From NCBI GenBank assembly GCA_965246715.1, contig CBDFFH010000012.1, positions 112,875 to 176,874 on the forward strand: DNA of 64,000 nucleotides, given 5' to 3'. The stretch comes from Chamaesiphon sp. GTDB taxonomy: Bacteria > Cyanobacteriota > Cyanobacteriia > Cyanobacteriales > Chamaesiphonaceae. Shown piece after piece: positions 40,170 to 49,588 of the stretch. Position numbers and translations under genes: made by a program. The notes beneath the pieces are model-generated. The model was given only the letters and a program-made list of their open reading frames with translations. It made no database searches and was not told the DNA's origin. The first letter of the stretch is position 1. Each line of letters opens with the position of its first letter.

Positions 40170-42431
40170 CTACTGAGAGCGCTCGCCCTCCAAATAAGGC
40201 TTAAATCCGCCGGCGGGCGACCATTGAATCGCACCATCGCGCCCGGTATGATAGACCCGTACCTGATGTTGTTCCAACAATCGTACTGTATCGGGATCGG
40301 GAGTAGCAGTGGCGGCGATCGCGATTTTTGGACTCATTTTGACGATCGCTCGCTCGCTTAATTTACCACCGCGCCAATATAAAGTTTGAATGGGCTGAAT
40401 GTTTTCTGGATCGATCGCAGGTTGAGTGCGATCGACTTTGGGATCGCCAATTACCAACCATTTTTGATTTGCTTCGGGAATATTAATTTGGAAAATACCC
40501 GGACTATTTTGAATATTCTTAACTTCCACGCGACCGAATTTCTCGATCGCCCCGATGGGGACTGGCTTGAATTTACTAGTCGTAGTATCTCCACCTTCGC
40601 TACCGATACTATAAAGGTTGCTAATCGGGATCGTTTGAGTCAGTGTCTGCCAACTATTTAGAGTCGATAGATCGCTATTAAATTCGATCGCCGTATCGAT
40701 ATAATTGATTGCCTGTTGTTGTAAAAATGGCAAGACGACAAATCTCGCATTACTCTCATTACCACTATTGACTAACAGCGTTCGACCGCGATCTTGAATT
40801 ACTAAGATCTGTCGATCGTTACTAGCCAAAGCCGTAAATTGTAGTTCGGTTGCTTTGAAGAATGATAACGGAATTATGACTAATAAAAATCCCACTAACA
40901 TCGGCACTTGCCACTTTTTTTGCCACTTTGGTACCTTCCAGACACCCAAGATGATGCCATAGAGGGCAAATAATTGCCAAATCGAAATCTGTCCGACCGC
41001 AAATGAAGCCCCTGGCAGATAATTAAACAGATCGACAATCCAAATTAGGAGCTGAGTTGGCAGATAAAGTAGCCAAGAAACGGCACTACCCGCGATCGGT
41101 ATCATCGAGCCAACTAATGCCCCAATCGTCCCACCGATACTGATGATACTTATGAGCGGACTAGTAATAATATTTGCAGGTAAACTATAGAGCGGGAAAA
41201 CTTTAAATACATATAATTGAATCGGTAACGTCCAAATCGATGCAGCTAGGGGTACGGTAATGAGATCCGCGATCGTTGGTGGCAGCCAGTCTAATTTTTC
41301 CTTTAATGGTTCGACTGTAACTATCAACCCTAATGTTGCTAAAAAGCTTAATTGAAACCCAATATCCCAGACCCATAAAGGATTGATAACTAGTAAGATC
41401 GTGCCAGCGATAAATAGCGCGTTCAGCGGCTCGATCTTGCGGTTGGTGCGTAAAGCAATCAGTCCCGCCATGCCCATCACTACCGATCGCGCTACAGAGG
41501 GCTGTAACCCTGTCAAACCTAGAAAAATGAGTAACGCCACCACGCCCAGATTAAACTGTCCTACAGCCGATAATCGCTTGCGGGTGAGCGAGATGAGCGT
41601 ATTCAAAATCAACGAAACCTGAAAACCAGAAGCGGCGAGGACGTGAGCCAATCCGACCCTAACAAATCGATCGTGCAAATCGAACGGTAAATCCACTGCC
41701 TCCGATCCCAACACCATTGCCGTCAATAACGGCCCAACGGGAACATCCAGCCACTGTACCTGCGCCGCGACGATCCGCTGGCGCAACTTGCCCCAGCTCC
41801 ACCGCTGCGTTTGACTCTCATCTGGTACCCGCAACTGTACCCCACGCATTCCTGCAAATCCACCCGACTGACTCAAATAATCGCGAAAGCTAAATCCGCC
41901 AGGATTGGCATTTGGTTGGGGTAGATACAATGTCCCCGTAATCGATACCTCCACCCCCGGTTGCAAGCCCGTCCCGCTCTGCAATGGCACCGTTACATAC
42001 AACCGACCGCTCACGGATCTGCTCACGTCTGCGGGGCGCAATCCCTCACCCTGAATCTCATTTAATTGCGTGGCATTGAGCCAAAATTGACTGTTATTGC
42101 TGCGGGTGATATGTGGATAACTATCGACGATCCCTTGAACGATCGTAAATTGCGCGGTACCCCGTTCGGCGGTGGTGTGGATGTATTTACTAATGTCGTT
42201 AGTAGCAGGTTTGGGGGTGCGTAAATCTAGATAAAACGTAGCACAAATCGCGATCGCACTTGCCACTAACCAAAATTGCCAATTTCCACCCTTACGCCAA
42301 ATTCGCGGCACTCCCCACGCTACGGGAATCGCCGCTACTACCAGTCCCCATCGCGTCCACGGCTCGGCGGTAACGAGTAAACCGATGACATAAGCCAGAC
42401 ACAGGACGATCGCACTTTGGGTATTCCGCAT
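40170..42431 (-). CDS. comEC: ComEC/Rec2 DNA uptake channel
   Basis: NPGGFSFRDY, GLAHVLAASGFQV, PSVARS, DIGFQLSFLAT, TGRDGAIQW. Confidence 0.95.
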   Translation of the reverse strand: MRNTQSAIVLCLAYVIGLLVTAEPWTRWGLVVAAIPVAWGVPRIWRKGGNWQFWLVASAIAICATFYLDLRTPKPATNDISKYIHTTAERGTAQFTIVQGIVDSYPHITRSNNSQFWLNATQLNEIQGEGLRPADVSRSVSGRLYVTVPLQSGTGLQPGVEVSITGTLYLPQPNANPGGFSFRDYLSQSGGFAGMRGVQLRVPDESQTQRWSWGKLRQRIVAAQVQWLDVPVGPLLTAMVLGSEAVDLPFDLHDRFVRVGLAHVLAASGFQVSLILNTLISLTRKRLSAVGQFNLGVVALLIFLGLTGLQPSVARSVVMGMAGLIALRTNRKIEPLNALFIAGTILLVINPLWVWDIGFQLSFLATLGLIVTVEPLKEKLDWLPPTIADLITVPLAASIWTLPIQLYVFKVFPLYSLPANIITSPLISIISIGGTIGALVGSMIPIAGSAVSWLLYLPTQLLIWIVDLFNYLPGASFAVGQISIWQLFALYGIILGVWKVPKWQKKWQVPMLVGFLLVIIPLSFFKATELQFTALASNDRQILVIQDRGRTLLVNSGNESNARFVVLPFLQQQAINYIDTAIEFNSDLSTLNSWQTLTQTIPISNLYSIGSEGGDTTTSKFKPVPIGAIEKFGRVEVKNIQNSPGIFQINIPEANQKWLVIGDPKVDRTQPAIDPENIQPIQTLYWRGGKLSERAIVKMSPKIAIAATATPDPDTVRLLEQHQVRVYHTGRDGAIQWSPAGGFKPYLEGERSQ

Positions 42432-42533
42432 CGAGCAGTTGAGATACAAGCATTTATCAATTTACCAGGATTATCGACCCATCCTCAGTAATCTATCCTC
42501 TAGCACTTTTCAAAACGACTCGCTCCCCTCAAC

Positions 42534-44195
42534 TCAAAATCCCCCAGTACCCGCTGCTCCCCATTGTCTCAGAAATCCCATCGCGTTATCATATCCTGAT
42601 GTATTATTTTGCGACTTATAGAGTCTCGCTGCTTGCTGCATGTCGCTAATTCCTCCAGATCGATCGTTCAGCTTTCTATATTTCAACGCTCCGCGATTGG
42701 CGTAAGCGATCGCATAATTAGGGTCGAGTTGAATGGCACGATTATAGTCAGCTAATGCCCCCTGACTATCGCCGAGCTTATTCTCTTTCAAGAATCCGCG
42801 ATTGTTGTAAGCTTCTGCATAATTAGGGTTGAGTTGAATGGCACGATTATAGTCAGCTAATGCCCCCTGACTATCGCCGAGCTTATTCTCTTTCAAGAAT
42901 CCGCGATTGTTGTAAGCTTCTGCAAAATTAGGATCGAGTTGAATGGCACGATTATAGTCAGCTAATGCCCCCTGACTATCACCGAGCTTGTCCTCTTTCA
43001 ATGCTCCACGATTGTTATAAGGGTTCGCATAATTAGGGTTGAGTTGAATAGCACGATTATAGTCAGCTAATGCACCCTGACTATCGCCGAGCTTGTCCTC
43101 TTTCAATGCTCCACGGTTGTTATACGGGTTCGCCAAATTAGGGTTGAGTTGAATAGCACGATCGTAGTCAGCTAATGCGCCCTGAATATCGCCGAGTTTT
43201 TTTCCTTTCAATGCTCCACGATTGCTGTAGGGTTCCGCCAAATTAGGGTTGAGTTGAATGGCCCGATTAAGGTCAGCTAATGCCCCCTGGATATTACTGA
43301 GTTTTTCTCCTTTCAATGCTCCACGATAGCTGTAAGCGATCGCAGATTTAGGGTTGAGTTGAATGGCACGATTCAACTCAGCTAATGCGCCTCGATAATC
43401 TCTCTTCTCAAACTTCTGAACCCCCAGAGCAATGTAGTCATCGGGCTTGGGTGCGCTATTCTGTGGAATGGCGGCAATTTTTGTATCGAGCGTCACTCCC
43501 AACTTACTCGCGATCGTCCCAAACCGCGCGATCGGAATGCCTAAATTAAATCCCGTTTTTGCGCCAGTATCGCCACTAGCAGTTATCTCGCGATCGCCCC
43601 TACCGTGGATGGCTACGAGTTCGCCATTTTGATTCAACACTGCGCCCCCACTCATCCCTGGGAGCGTATCGTTACTGTACACCAGCGAATAACCTTTCTC
43701 AAAGGTTTTGTTACTATTGGCCGAAACTTTACCCTCTCTAAAGACGAAAATCGAATCGGTAATAGTTTTAGTCGCCAAGGGAAATCCACCCACATATAGC
43801 TCCATCCCTTCTGTGAGTGAGTTACTGTTCCCTAATTTAGCTGTAGGATAGTTTGTTGCCGCGCGAAATTCGACTACGGCTAGGTCGATATCCACCGCAG
43901 CACGCCGGATCGAACTGTTACTGACGCTGTACTGTTTGCCATCTGAAGTCGCGATCGTATAGGTAACATTCTTAGCTTTAACGACATGAGCGGCGGTAAG
44001 TACGGTGTAGACATCGCCTTGATGTTTCAAGATGACTCCAGAGCCTTGGCTGTCTGGCTCGGAAATTTTGACGGTAATGGCTTTGGCTGTCTGAGCGATT
44101 TCTGGGGCTGTAGCCGCCGTAGCCACCATCTGCACGAGCGGAATCGTCGCCGCAGCACCCATTAAACCCACCCAAAATATTGCTTTGTCTGACAC
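42534..44195 (-). CDS. trypsin-like serine protease with C-terminal TPR repeats
   Basis: signal-like N-terminus; TAAHV, DLAV, GMSGG triad; seven 35-aa TPR units. Confidence 0.92.
   Translation of the reverse strand: MSDKAIFWVGLMGAAATIPLVQMVATAATAPEIAQTAKAITVKISEPDSQGSGVILKHQGDVYTVLTAAHVVKAKNVTYTIATSDGKQYSVSNSSIRRAAVDIDLAVVEFRAATNYPTAKLGNSNSLTEGMELYVGGFPLATKTITDSIFVFREGKVSANSNKTFEKGYSLVYSNDTLPGMSGGAVLNQNGELVAIHGRGDREITASGDTGAKTGFNLGIPIARFGTIASKLGVTLDTKIAAIPQNSAPKPDDYIALGVQKFEKRDYRGALAELNRAIQLNPKSAIAYSYRGALKGEKLSNIQGALADLNRAIQLNPNLAEPYSNRGALKGKKLGDIQGALADYDRAIQLNPNLANPYNNRGALKEDKLGDSQGALADYNRAIQLNPNYANPYNNRGALKEDKLGDSQGALADYNRAIQLDPNFAEAYNNRGFLKENKLGDSQGALADYNRAIQLNPNYAEAYNNRGFLKENKLGDSQGALADYNRAIQLDPNYAIAYANRGALKYRKLNDRSGGISDMQQAARLYKSQNNTSGYDNAMGFLRQWGAAGTGGF
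42715..43400. repeat. 105-bp coding tandem repeat, about 7 units
   Basis: GAGTTGAAT anchor recurs at 42726, 42831, 42936, 43041, 43146, 43251 and 43356. Confidence 0.92.
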
Positions 44196-44311
44196 GATGT
44201 TGCTGCTCCAGTAACAGATTCGATCTCACGATCGATGTTGACTCACTCGATCGCCGTTCGTTGCCAATCCTACTGTACTACCTTTTATCCTCTGGCTAAA
44301 TTAGAATCTCC

Positions 44312-44598
44312 CTTCCCACACCACAGGAATCGCTGCTACCACCAGTCCCCATTTCGTCCACGGTTCAGCGGTAACGAGCAAACCAATTACATAACCCAAG
44401 TTGCTACCTATAACTTAAGCGGTTAGAAACCGCTCCTCGGAATGCAAAGTCCGGTTGTTGCCGCTCGCGGCAAAAGCCTGCCTTCGCGGACTAGCTTATT
44501 AGTCCGCGAAGGCGGACTTTGCAACATTAGCCACGATTTCAATCGTAGGCGTTCTAAGGTAGCAACTTGGGTTACATAAGCCAGACACAAGACGATCG
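44312..44598 (-). pseudogene. diverged duplicate of the comEC 5' coding segment, interrupted by a MITE
   Basis: aligns by eye to 42311-42411 (GGAATCGC.GCTAC.ACCAGTCCCCAT..CGTCCACGG.TC.GCGGTAACGAG...ACATAAGCCAGACACA.GACGATCG). Confidence 0.88.
44395..44571. mobile_element. MITE (177 bp) with 8-bp target duplication
   Basis: TIR CCCAAGTTGCTACCT / AGGTAGCAACTTGGG; TTACATAA at 44387-94 and 44572-79. Confidence 0.9.
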
Positions 44599-44914
44599 GT
44601 CTGCCAACCTATCTGTCGCCATTGTTTTTTTAATTGGTATAACCACATCTTTAAGTCGTAATTCCAATTTTCGTTCCGAAAGGCTTCACCAAATAATTTC
44701 AGCCGTTTCCGCACACTTAATTTGGATAATTATCGAGCGTTCTGGCGCTCTTTAGACGATCGCGACCAATCTGCAACAACCGATCGATAATCTCAGAAAG
44801 CTGGGTGCGTCAGAATGAGAGCTAATAGCAACTGTAGGCGATCTGATATCGATCGGCATCGACCCGCTATTTGCAGATGCTAAAATCAAATAGTAGTGAC
44901 TACATTCTTCAGTC

Positions 44915-45496
44915 ATGGCAGCCCTCACTCTCAATCTAAACTCGATCTCCAATCTCAGCCGCAGTCAATTTCGGCAGATTGCCAGCGACAATCCAGATAT
45001 GAAACTGGAGAGAAATAAAGCAGGAAATCTAATTATTATGGCTCCGACAGGCGGTGAAACTGGCAGCTTTAATTCCGATCTGAATGGGCAACTGTACGTA
45101 TGGAATCGCACCAGTCGATCGTCGGGTAAACTATTTGATTCATCTACTGGCTTTGAATTACCAGAAGGCGGAGATCGATCGCCCGATGTAGCTTGGATTA
45201 CGATCGATAAATGGGAAGCTCTGACTCCAGAAGAACGACGGGGATTTTTGCCGCTATGTCCAGATTTTGTCATCGAGTTGATGTCGCGTTCTGATTCATG
45301 GGTGCAAACGCAAGCCAAAATGGGTGAGTATATGGAGAGCGGTTGTCGCTTGGGCTGGCTGCTAGATCCCAAGGGTAAACGTGCTGCTATTTATCGGCTG
45401 GGAAAACCACCAGAATTCTTGACTGCGCCTGAGTCGCTATCGGGTGAAGATGTATTGCCAGGATTCGTGCTCGATGCTAGGTTCTTGTGGAGCTAA
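44915..45496 (+). CDS. Uma2 family endonuclease-fold protein
   Basis: MAPTGGETG, FDSSTGF, SPDVAW, PDFVIEL, LSGEDVLPGF. Confidence 0.92.
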   Translation: MAALTLNLNSISNLSRSQFRQIASDNPDMKLERNKAGNLIIMAPTGGETGSFNSDLNGQLYVWNRTSRSSGKLFDSSTGFELPEGGDRSPDVAWITIDKWEALTPEERRGFLPLCPDFVIELMSRSDSWVQTQAKMGEYMESGCRLGWLLDPKGKRAAIYRLGKPPEFLTAPESLSGEDVLPGFVLDARFLWS

Positions 45497-45575
45497 GGCG
45501 ATCGTAGTGTCGTTGTCATTACAAGCTGTTAGAATAGCTGTATCGATCGTTTTCAACAGACATGGCACCAACGAG

Positions 45576-45848
45576 ATGACAAACACAACGCCACGCAACA
45601 CGCTAAATTTGCGAATCAAGCCAGAAGAGCGCGAGCTTATCGACATGGCAGCTAAAGTTAAGGGCAAAAATCGCACTGACTTTATTTTAGAAGCCGCTCG
45701 AAATGCTGCGGAAGAAACTTTGTTAGATCGGACTATTTTTTGGGTGAGTCCAGCAGCATATACTGAATTTTTAGCGATTCTCGATGCCCCACCCCAACCT
45801 AACGAGCGGTTGCGTAGAACGATGCAGACTCCAGCACCGTGGGACTAA
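45576..45848 (+). CDS. DUF1778 RHH antitoxin
   Basis: LNLRIKPEERELIDMAA...RTDFILEAA...LDAPP.PNERL. Confidence 0.9.
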   Translation: MTNTTPRNTLNLRIKPEERELIDMAAKVKGKNRTDFILEAARNAAEETLLDRTIFWVSPAAYTEFLAILDAPPQPNERLRRTMQTPAPWD

Positions 45849-45851
45849 ATC

Positions 45852-46349
45852 ATGAGTCTTACCTTACCCGAACCGTTGACTAGTCAACACTTAGTAACTG
45901 ATTTTGATTGTGGTATCGATGCGCTAGATGATTGGTTAAAACGCCGAGCATTCACAAATCAGACTAGCGGTGCAACCAGAACTTTTGTGACTTGTATCGA
46001 TAACAAAGTCGTTGGTTATTACGCGCTTGCTTCTGGGGGGATTAGTAGTGAAGCTGCATTGGGTAAATTTCGACGCAATATGCCTAATCCGATTCCAGTA
46101 GTAATTTTAGCAAGGCTAGCGATCGATCTTTCTTGTCAAGGAAAAGGTTTAGAACGAGCGTTATTTCGAGATGCTGGATTGAGAATCGATCGCGCGGCGG
46201 ACACGATCGGGATTCGTGGGATTATCGTTCATGCAATTTCAACGGAAGCCAAGAATTTTTATGTGGCGTTAGGGTTTGGTGAATCCCCGATCGAGTCAAT
46301 GACATTAATGATTACACTTAGCGATTTAAGAGCCTGTATTACTGAATAA
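45852..46349 (+). CDS. GNAT acetyltransferase toxin (TacT/AtaT-like)
   Basis: FDCG...LDDWL, VVGYYAL, LARLAID...QGKGL, VHA...FY...GF; 3 bp after the antitoxin. Confidence 0.9.
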   Translation: MSLTLPEPLTSQHLVTDFDCGIDALDDWLKRRAFTNQTSGATRTFVTCIDNKVVGYYALASGGISSEAALGKFRRNMPNPIPVVILARLAIDLSCQGKGLERALFRDAGLRIDRAADTIGIRGIIVHAISTEAKNFYVALGFGESPIESMTLMITLSDLRACITE

Positions 46350-46387
46350 AAAGGTAGGGGTAATTCAGAAATTACCCCTACCTTTTA
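46350..46387. terminator. REP-derived bidirectional terminator
   Basis: AAAAGGTAGGGGTAATT...AATTACCCCTACCTTTT between convergent genes. Confidence 0.75.
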
Positions 46388-46406
46388 GATTGAAGTGAGA
46401 CTATGT

Positions 46407-48992
46407 TTATGCCTTACTTTTTGCTTCTAGATGTTCCAAACGACTTTTCAAGTCTTGATTGGTTTTCTTGACCTCTTCCAATTCCTCGCGTAATTGTTTC
46501 ATCCCCTTGTCCGAACCGATTTTCTGCTGTACCTTTTGTACGCCTTCATCTGCCATTCGCTTGACGCGTCCGTCGGGGCTGTGAGTAGCGAGACTTTGCA
46601 ATACAGAGATTGCTTTGGCGGTTTCCATCTGGCTCAAGGCGTTGACTACCGCTACTTGAGTCAGGAAAAACGATTCGCGGGAGAGTTCGGATAGTTTCTC
46701 TAGAATAACGGTGAGATTTGCTTCGGATTGACCTTTGGAAATGGCTCCAAGGGCGCGAATTGATGTCAACCGCAGGGATTGGGGTACGCCTGGTTTGACG
46801 TATTCTAGAACGGTATTTAGGGCTGTGGGCGAGTCGGTCATTTTGCTCAAACCGCCGATCGCACCACCACGGACGACTTCATTCCAACCCGATCGAGTAT
46901 TCAGGACATCGATCAGGAGTTCGATCGCTTCTTCCTGCTTGTCTTTGAGGCTGGCGGTAGTCATGCCACCGAGGGAGCGACAGGCAGCGGCTTCGACGTA
47001 GTAACTTTCATCGCCAGCTTCGACTAGCTGTTTAATCGCCGCATAGGTTTCGGGGGTTTTGATGCTGGCTAATTCTTCGACGATCGCGCGCCGGACGAAG
47101 GGATCTTCATCACCGATTTCGGCGACTAATGCGGTGACGGCTTGGTCTAGTTTGATTGTCGCCAGTTGTTGCGCGGCTTCGAGGCGGACGGCCCAGAAGT
47201 CCTCGGTAGCGAGACATTCGGCTAGAGCTTTGACGGCTTCGAGGTTGCCTTTTTTAGCGATCGCTTCTGAGGCATAGATCCGCGAAATCGGGTCGGGGTC
47301 TGACTTGAGCTGTGCTCTGAGTTCGGGGAGGGGATATTCGAGGGTAACGGTTTTTAAATAGTTGTTACCGACATCAAAGCTGATGAAATCGGGTTTAGTT
47401 TCGAGGGGGAAGTAGAGGACTTGTTCTTTTTCATAGACGCGAACTTTGGTGACTTTGACATCTGCTACGCCATCTTTAAGATAACCAAACCCGATCGGGA
47501 TTTTGAGATCGAATAGGTCATTGTCGAGGGTATGAATACCTTCTTTGGCTTGAGTTTGAGTGACGGTGAGTTTTGCTAAGTTACTATCGCCATCCCAACT
47601 GTAGGCAACCTTATAATCTGGGTGTCCACCGCGATAGACATATTGATCGAATAGGAAGGCGAGATTGCGTCCGGTAGCTTTATCGATTGCGCGTAACAGA
47701 TCGATCGTTTCGACGGTTTTATGTGCATTATCATTGACAAAGGTTTGGATAAATTTATCGAATAATTCATCGCCTAATTCCGTCCGAATCATGTGATAGA
47801 CACAAGCACCTTTTTCATACAGGTGACGATCGTATAACTCGATCGCCTCGCGATAGATATTTGTAACGATCGGGCGACGGTAGCGACCGCTATCTTCTTC
47901 GAGATAACTTTGGGCTTCGCCTAATAGATAGTAAGCAGCTTCGTCTTTGTCATATTCAAATTCCGTCCACAATACCTCACAATAGGAAGCCATTCCTTCC
48001 TTGATCCAAGCTTGCGACCAGTGTTTGATGACGATTAGATCGCCAAACCATTGGTGGGCGAGTTCGTGAGCGACTAAACTCTCGGTATTGAAGTTATCTA
48101 AAGATGCACGTTCGTCGAGTAAACACCGATCGGTTAATAACGTCGTTGAAGTATTTTCCATCCCGCCGAAGATGAAATCATCGACACAAACTTGAGCGTA
48201 TTTTGGGAATGGATAAGGGTAGCCGAATTTCTCACTGAAAAACTCGATCATCTTGGGTGTTTTACCCATGCTGAGCTTCGCTTGTTCTTCGCGACCTTTT
48301 TCCACATAATAAGTGACTGGCTTATTGTTCCAAGTATCGGCAATTTCGCTAAATCTGCCAACAGCTAAAGTCATCAAGTAAGTCGGATGGATCTCCTTCT
48401 GCATCCACTGATAAACTTTGTCTTCACCAAATGCTGTTTGTTCGACTAATTCACCATTAGAAATAGCGATAAAATCTTTGGGTACCTGTACCCGAATCGC
48501 TGATGTTGCTAATTGTCCGGGGTAGTCAAAACAGGGGAACCAAAACCGCGAATCTTCATCTTCACCCTGCGTCCAGACTTGGGTAGGTTTATCGGGATAA
48601 TGTTCGTCAGGGTGAATGAAATATAAGCCGCGTTGGGGTTTCGTTACGCCATATTCAATGGTAATATCTACGACCTTACCTGCGACGATTTCAACCTTGA
48701 CGGGAATATGCAACAGTTCGCCATCATAATTAAACTCATGAGCGGTACCATCGATCGATACTCCCTGAATATCGAGATTGACAGCATCGAGCGTTAATGA
48801 CTCGATCCCACTCCGCACTGGATTGAGGCGAATTTCACAAGTACCAGCAAAACTCTGGTTGGGGATATCTAGAGTCAAGTCTAAACTGATATGCTCGACT
48901 TGTCCCGGTCGATCGGGATTGTAATGCGGGCGCGAACCAGGTAGTTGAAAGGATTTGTGTCCGTTATTCTCATCAAGATGGCTGTAAGGCAT
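46407..48992 (-). CDS. pepN: M1 aminopeptidase N with C-terminal HEAT repeats
   Basis: GGMEN, HELAH-x18-E, YEKG. Confidence 0.95.
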   Translation of the reverse strand: MPYSHLDENNGHKSFQLPGSRPHYNPDRPGQVEHISLDLTLDIPNQSFAGTCEIRLNPVRSGIESLTLDAVNLDIQGVSIDGTAHEFNYDGELLHIPVKVEIVAGKVVDITIEYGVTKPQRGLYFIHPDEHYPDKPTQVWTQGEDEDSRFWFPCFDYPGQLATSAIRVQVPKDFIAISNGELVEQTAFGEDKVYQWMQKEIHPTYLMTLAVGRFSEIADTWNNKPVTYYVEKGREEQAKLSMGKTPKMIEFFSEKFGYPYPFPKYAQVCVDDFIFGGMENTSTTLLTDRCLLDERASLDNFNTESLVAHELAHQWFGDLIVIKHWSQAWIKEGMASYCEVLWTEFEYDKDEAAYYLLGEAQSYLEEDSGRYRRPIVTNIYREAIELYDRHLYEKGACVYHMIRTELGDELFDKFIQTFVNDNAHKTVETIDLLRAIDKATGRNLAFLFDQYVYRGGHPDYKVAYSWDGDSNLAKLTVTQTQAKEGIHTLDNDLFDLKIPIGFGYLKDGVADVKVTKVRVYEKEQVLYFPLETKPDFISFDVGNNYLKTVTLEYPLPELRAQLKSDPDPISRIYASEAIAKKGNLEAVKALAECLATEDFWAVRLEAAQQLATIKLDQAVTALVAEIGDEDPFVRRAIVEELASIKTPETYAAIKQLVEAGDESYYVEAAACRSLGGMTTASLKDKQEEAIELLIDVLNTRSGWNEVVRGGAIGGLSKMTDSPTALNTVLEYVKPGVPQSLRLTSIRALGAISKGQSEANLTVILEKLSELSRESFFLTQVAVVNALSQMETAKAISVLQSLATHSPDGRVKRMADEGVQKVQQKIGSDKGMKQLREELEEVKKTNQDLKSRLEHLEAKSKA

Positions 48993-49041
48993 AATAGATC
49001 GATAATCCTCTAGTTTGGATCTCTAAGGCTTATCTTAAATT

Positions 49042-49365
49042 ATGACGCTCAAAGACTTAGAATCCCAATTGCTAGCCTTAACACCCGCCGAAAAACACCG
49101 CGCGATCGAGTTATTGACTCAAAGTTTAGCCAGCACCCAGCCAGAAATTACCCAACTCCCAGAGAGCGGTAGCGGTGAAGCCCGAATCGCGAATACCCAG
49201 ATTGCCATCTGGGAGCTAGTCAACGCCCAAGATCTTGGCTATAGCGATCGAGATATCCTTCAGATGTATCCTCAGCTTACAGAGGGCGATTTAGCGATGG
49301 CTTGGGAATATGCAGAAGCCCATCCCGGCGAGATTATGCTAGCACTACAAGCGATCGATGAATGA
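49042..49365 (+). CDS. DUF433 domain protein
   Basis: GEARIANTQIAIW...ILQMYPQLT..DL..A..Y. Confidence 0.85.
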   Translation: MTLKDLESQLLALTPAEKHRAIELLTQSLASTQPEITQLPESGSGEARIANTQIAIWELVNAQDLGYSDRDILQMYPQLTEGDLAMAWEYAEAHPGEIMLALQAIDE

Positions 49366-49588
49366 TTCCTAGTTTTTAAAAACGGATCGCAGTAATATAT
49401 GGGCAAAAGAGAAAAACTAATCGATCGACTGACAAATAACCCTCAGAATGCTACCTTTGCCGATATTCGTAGTTTACTAGAATATGAAGGATTTTATCTC
49501 GATCTAGTTACCAGCAGTCACCATATTTTTATATATGCAGAAACAACCTTTGTGATTCCCATTCGTAATAATCAAGCCAAAGCAATTT

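Noticed and set aside
42715..43400. CRISPR-like regular repeats
   Set aside because: Contiguous in-frame 105-bp TPR units with no unique spacers and no cas genes
44499..44714. 71-aa minus-strand ORF
   Set aside because: Runs through a dispersed repeat, the comEC fragment and a MITE end
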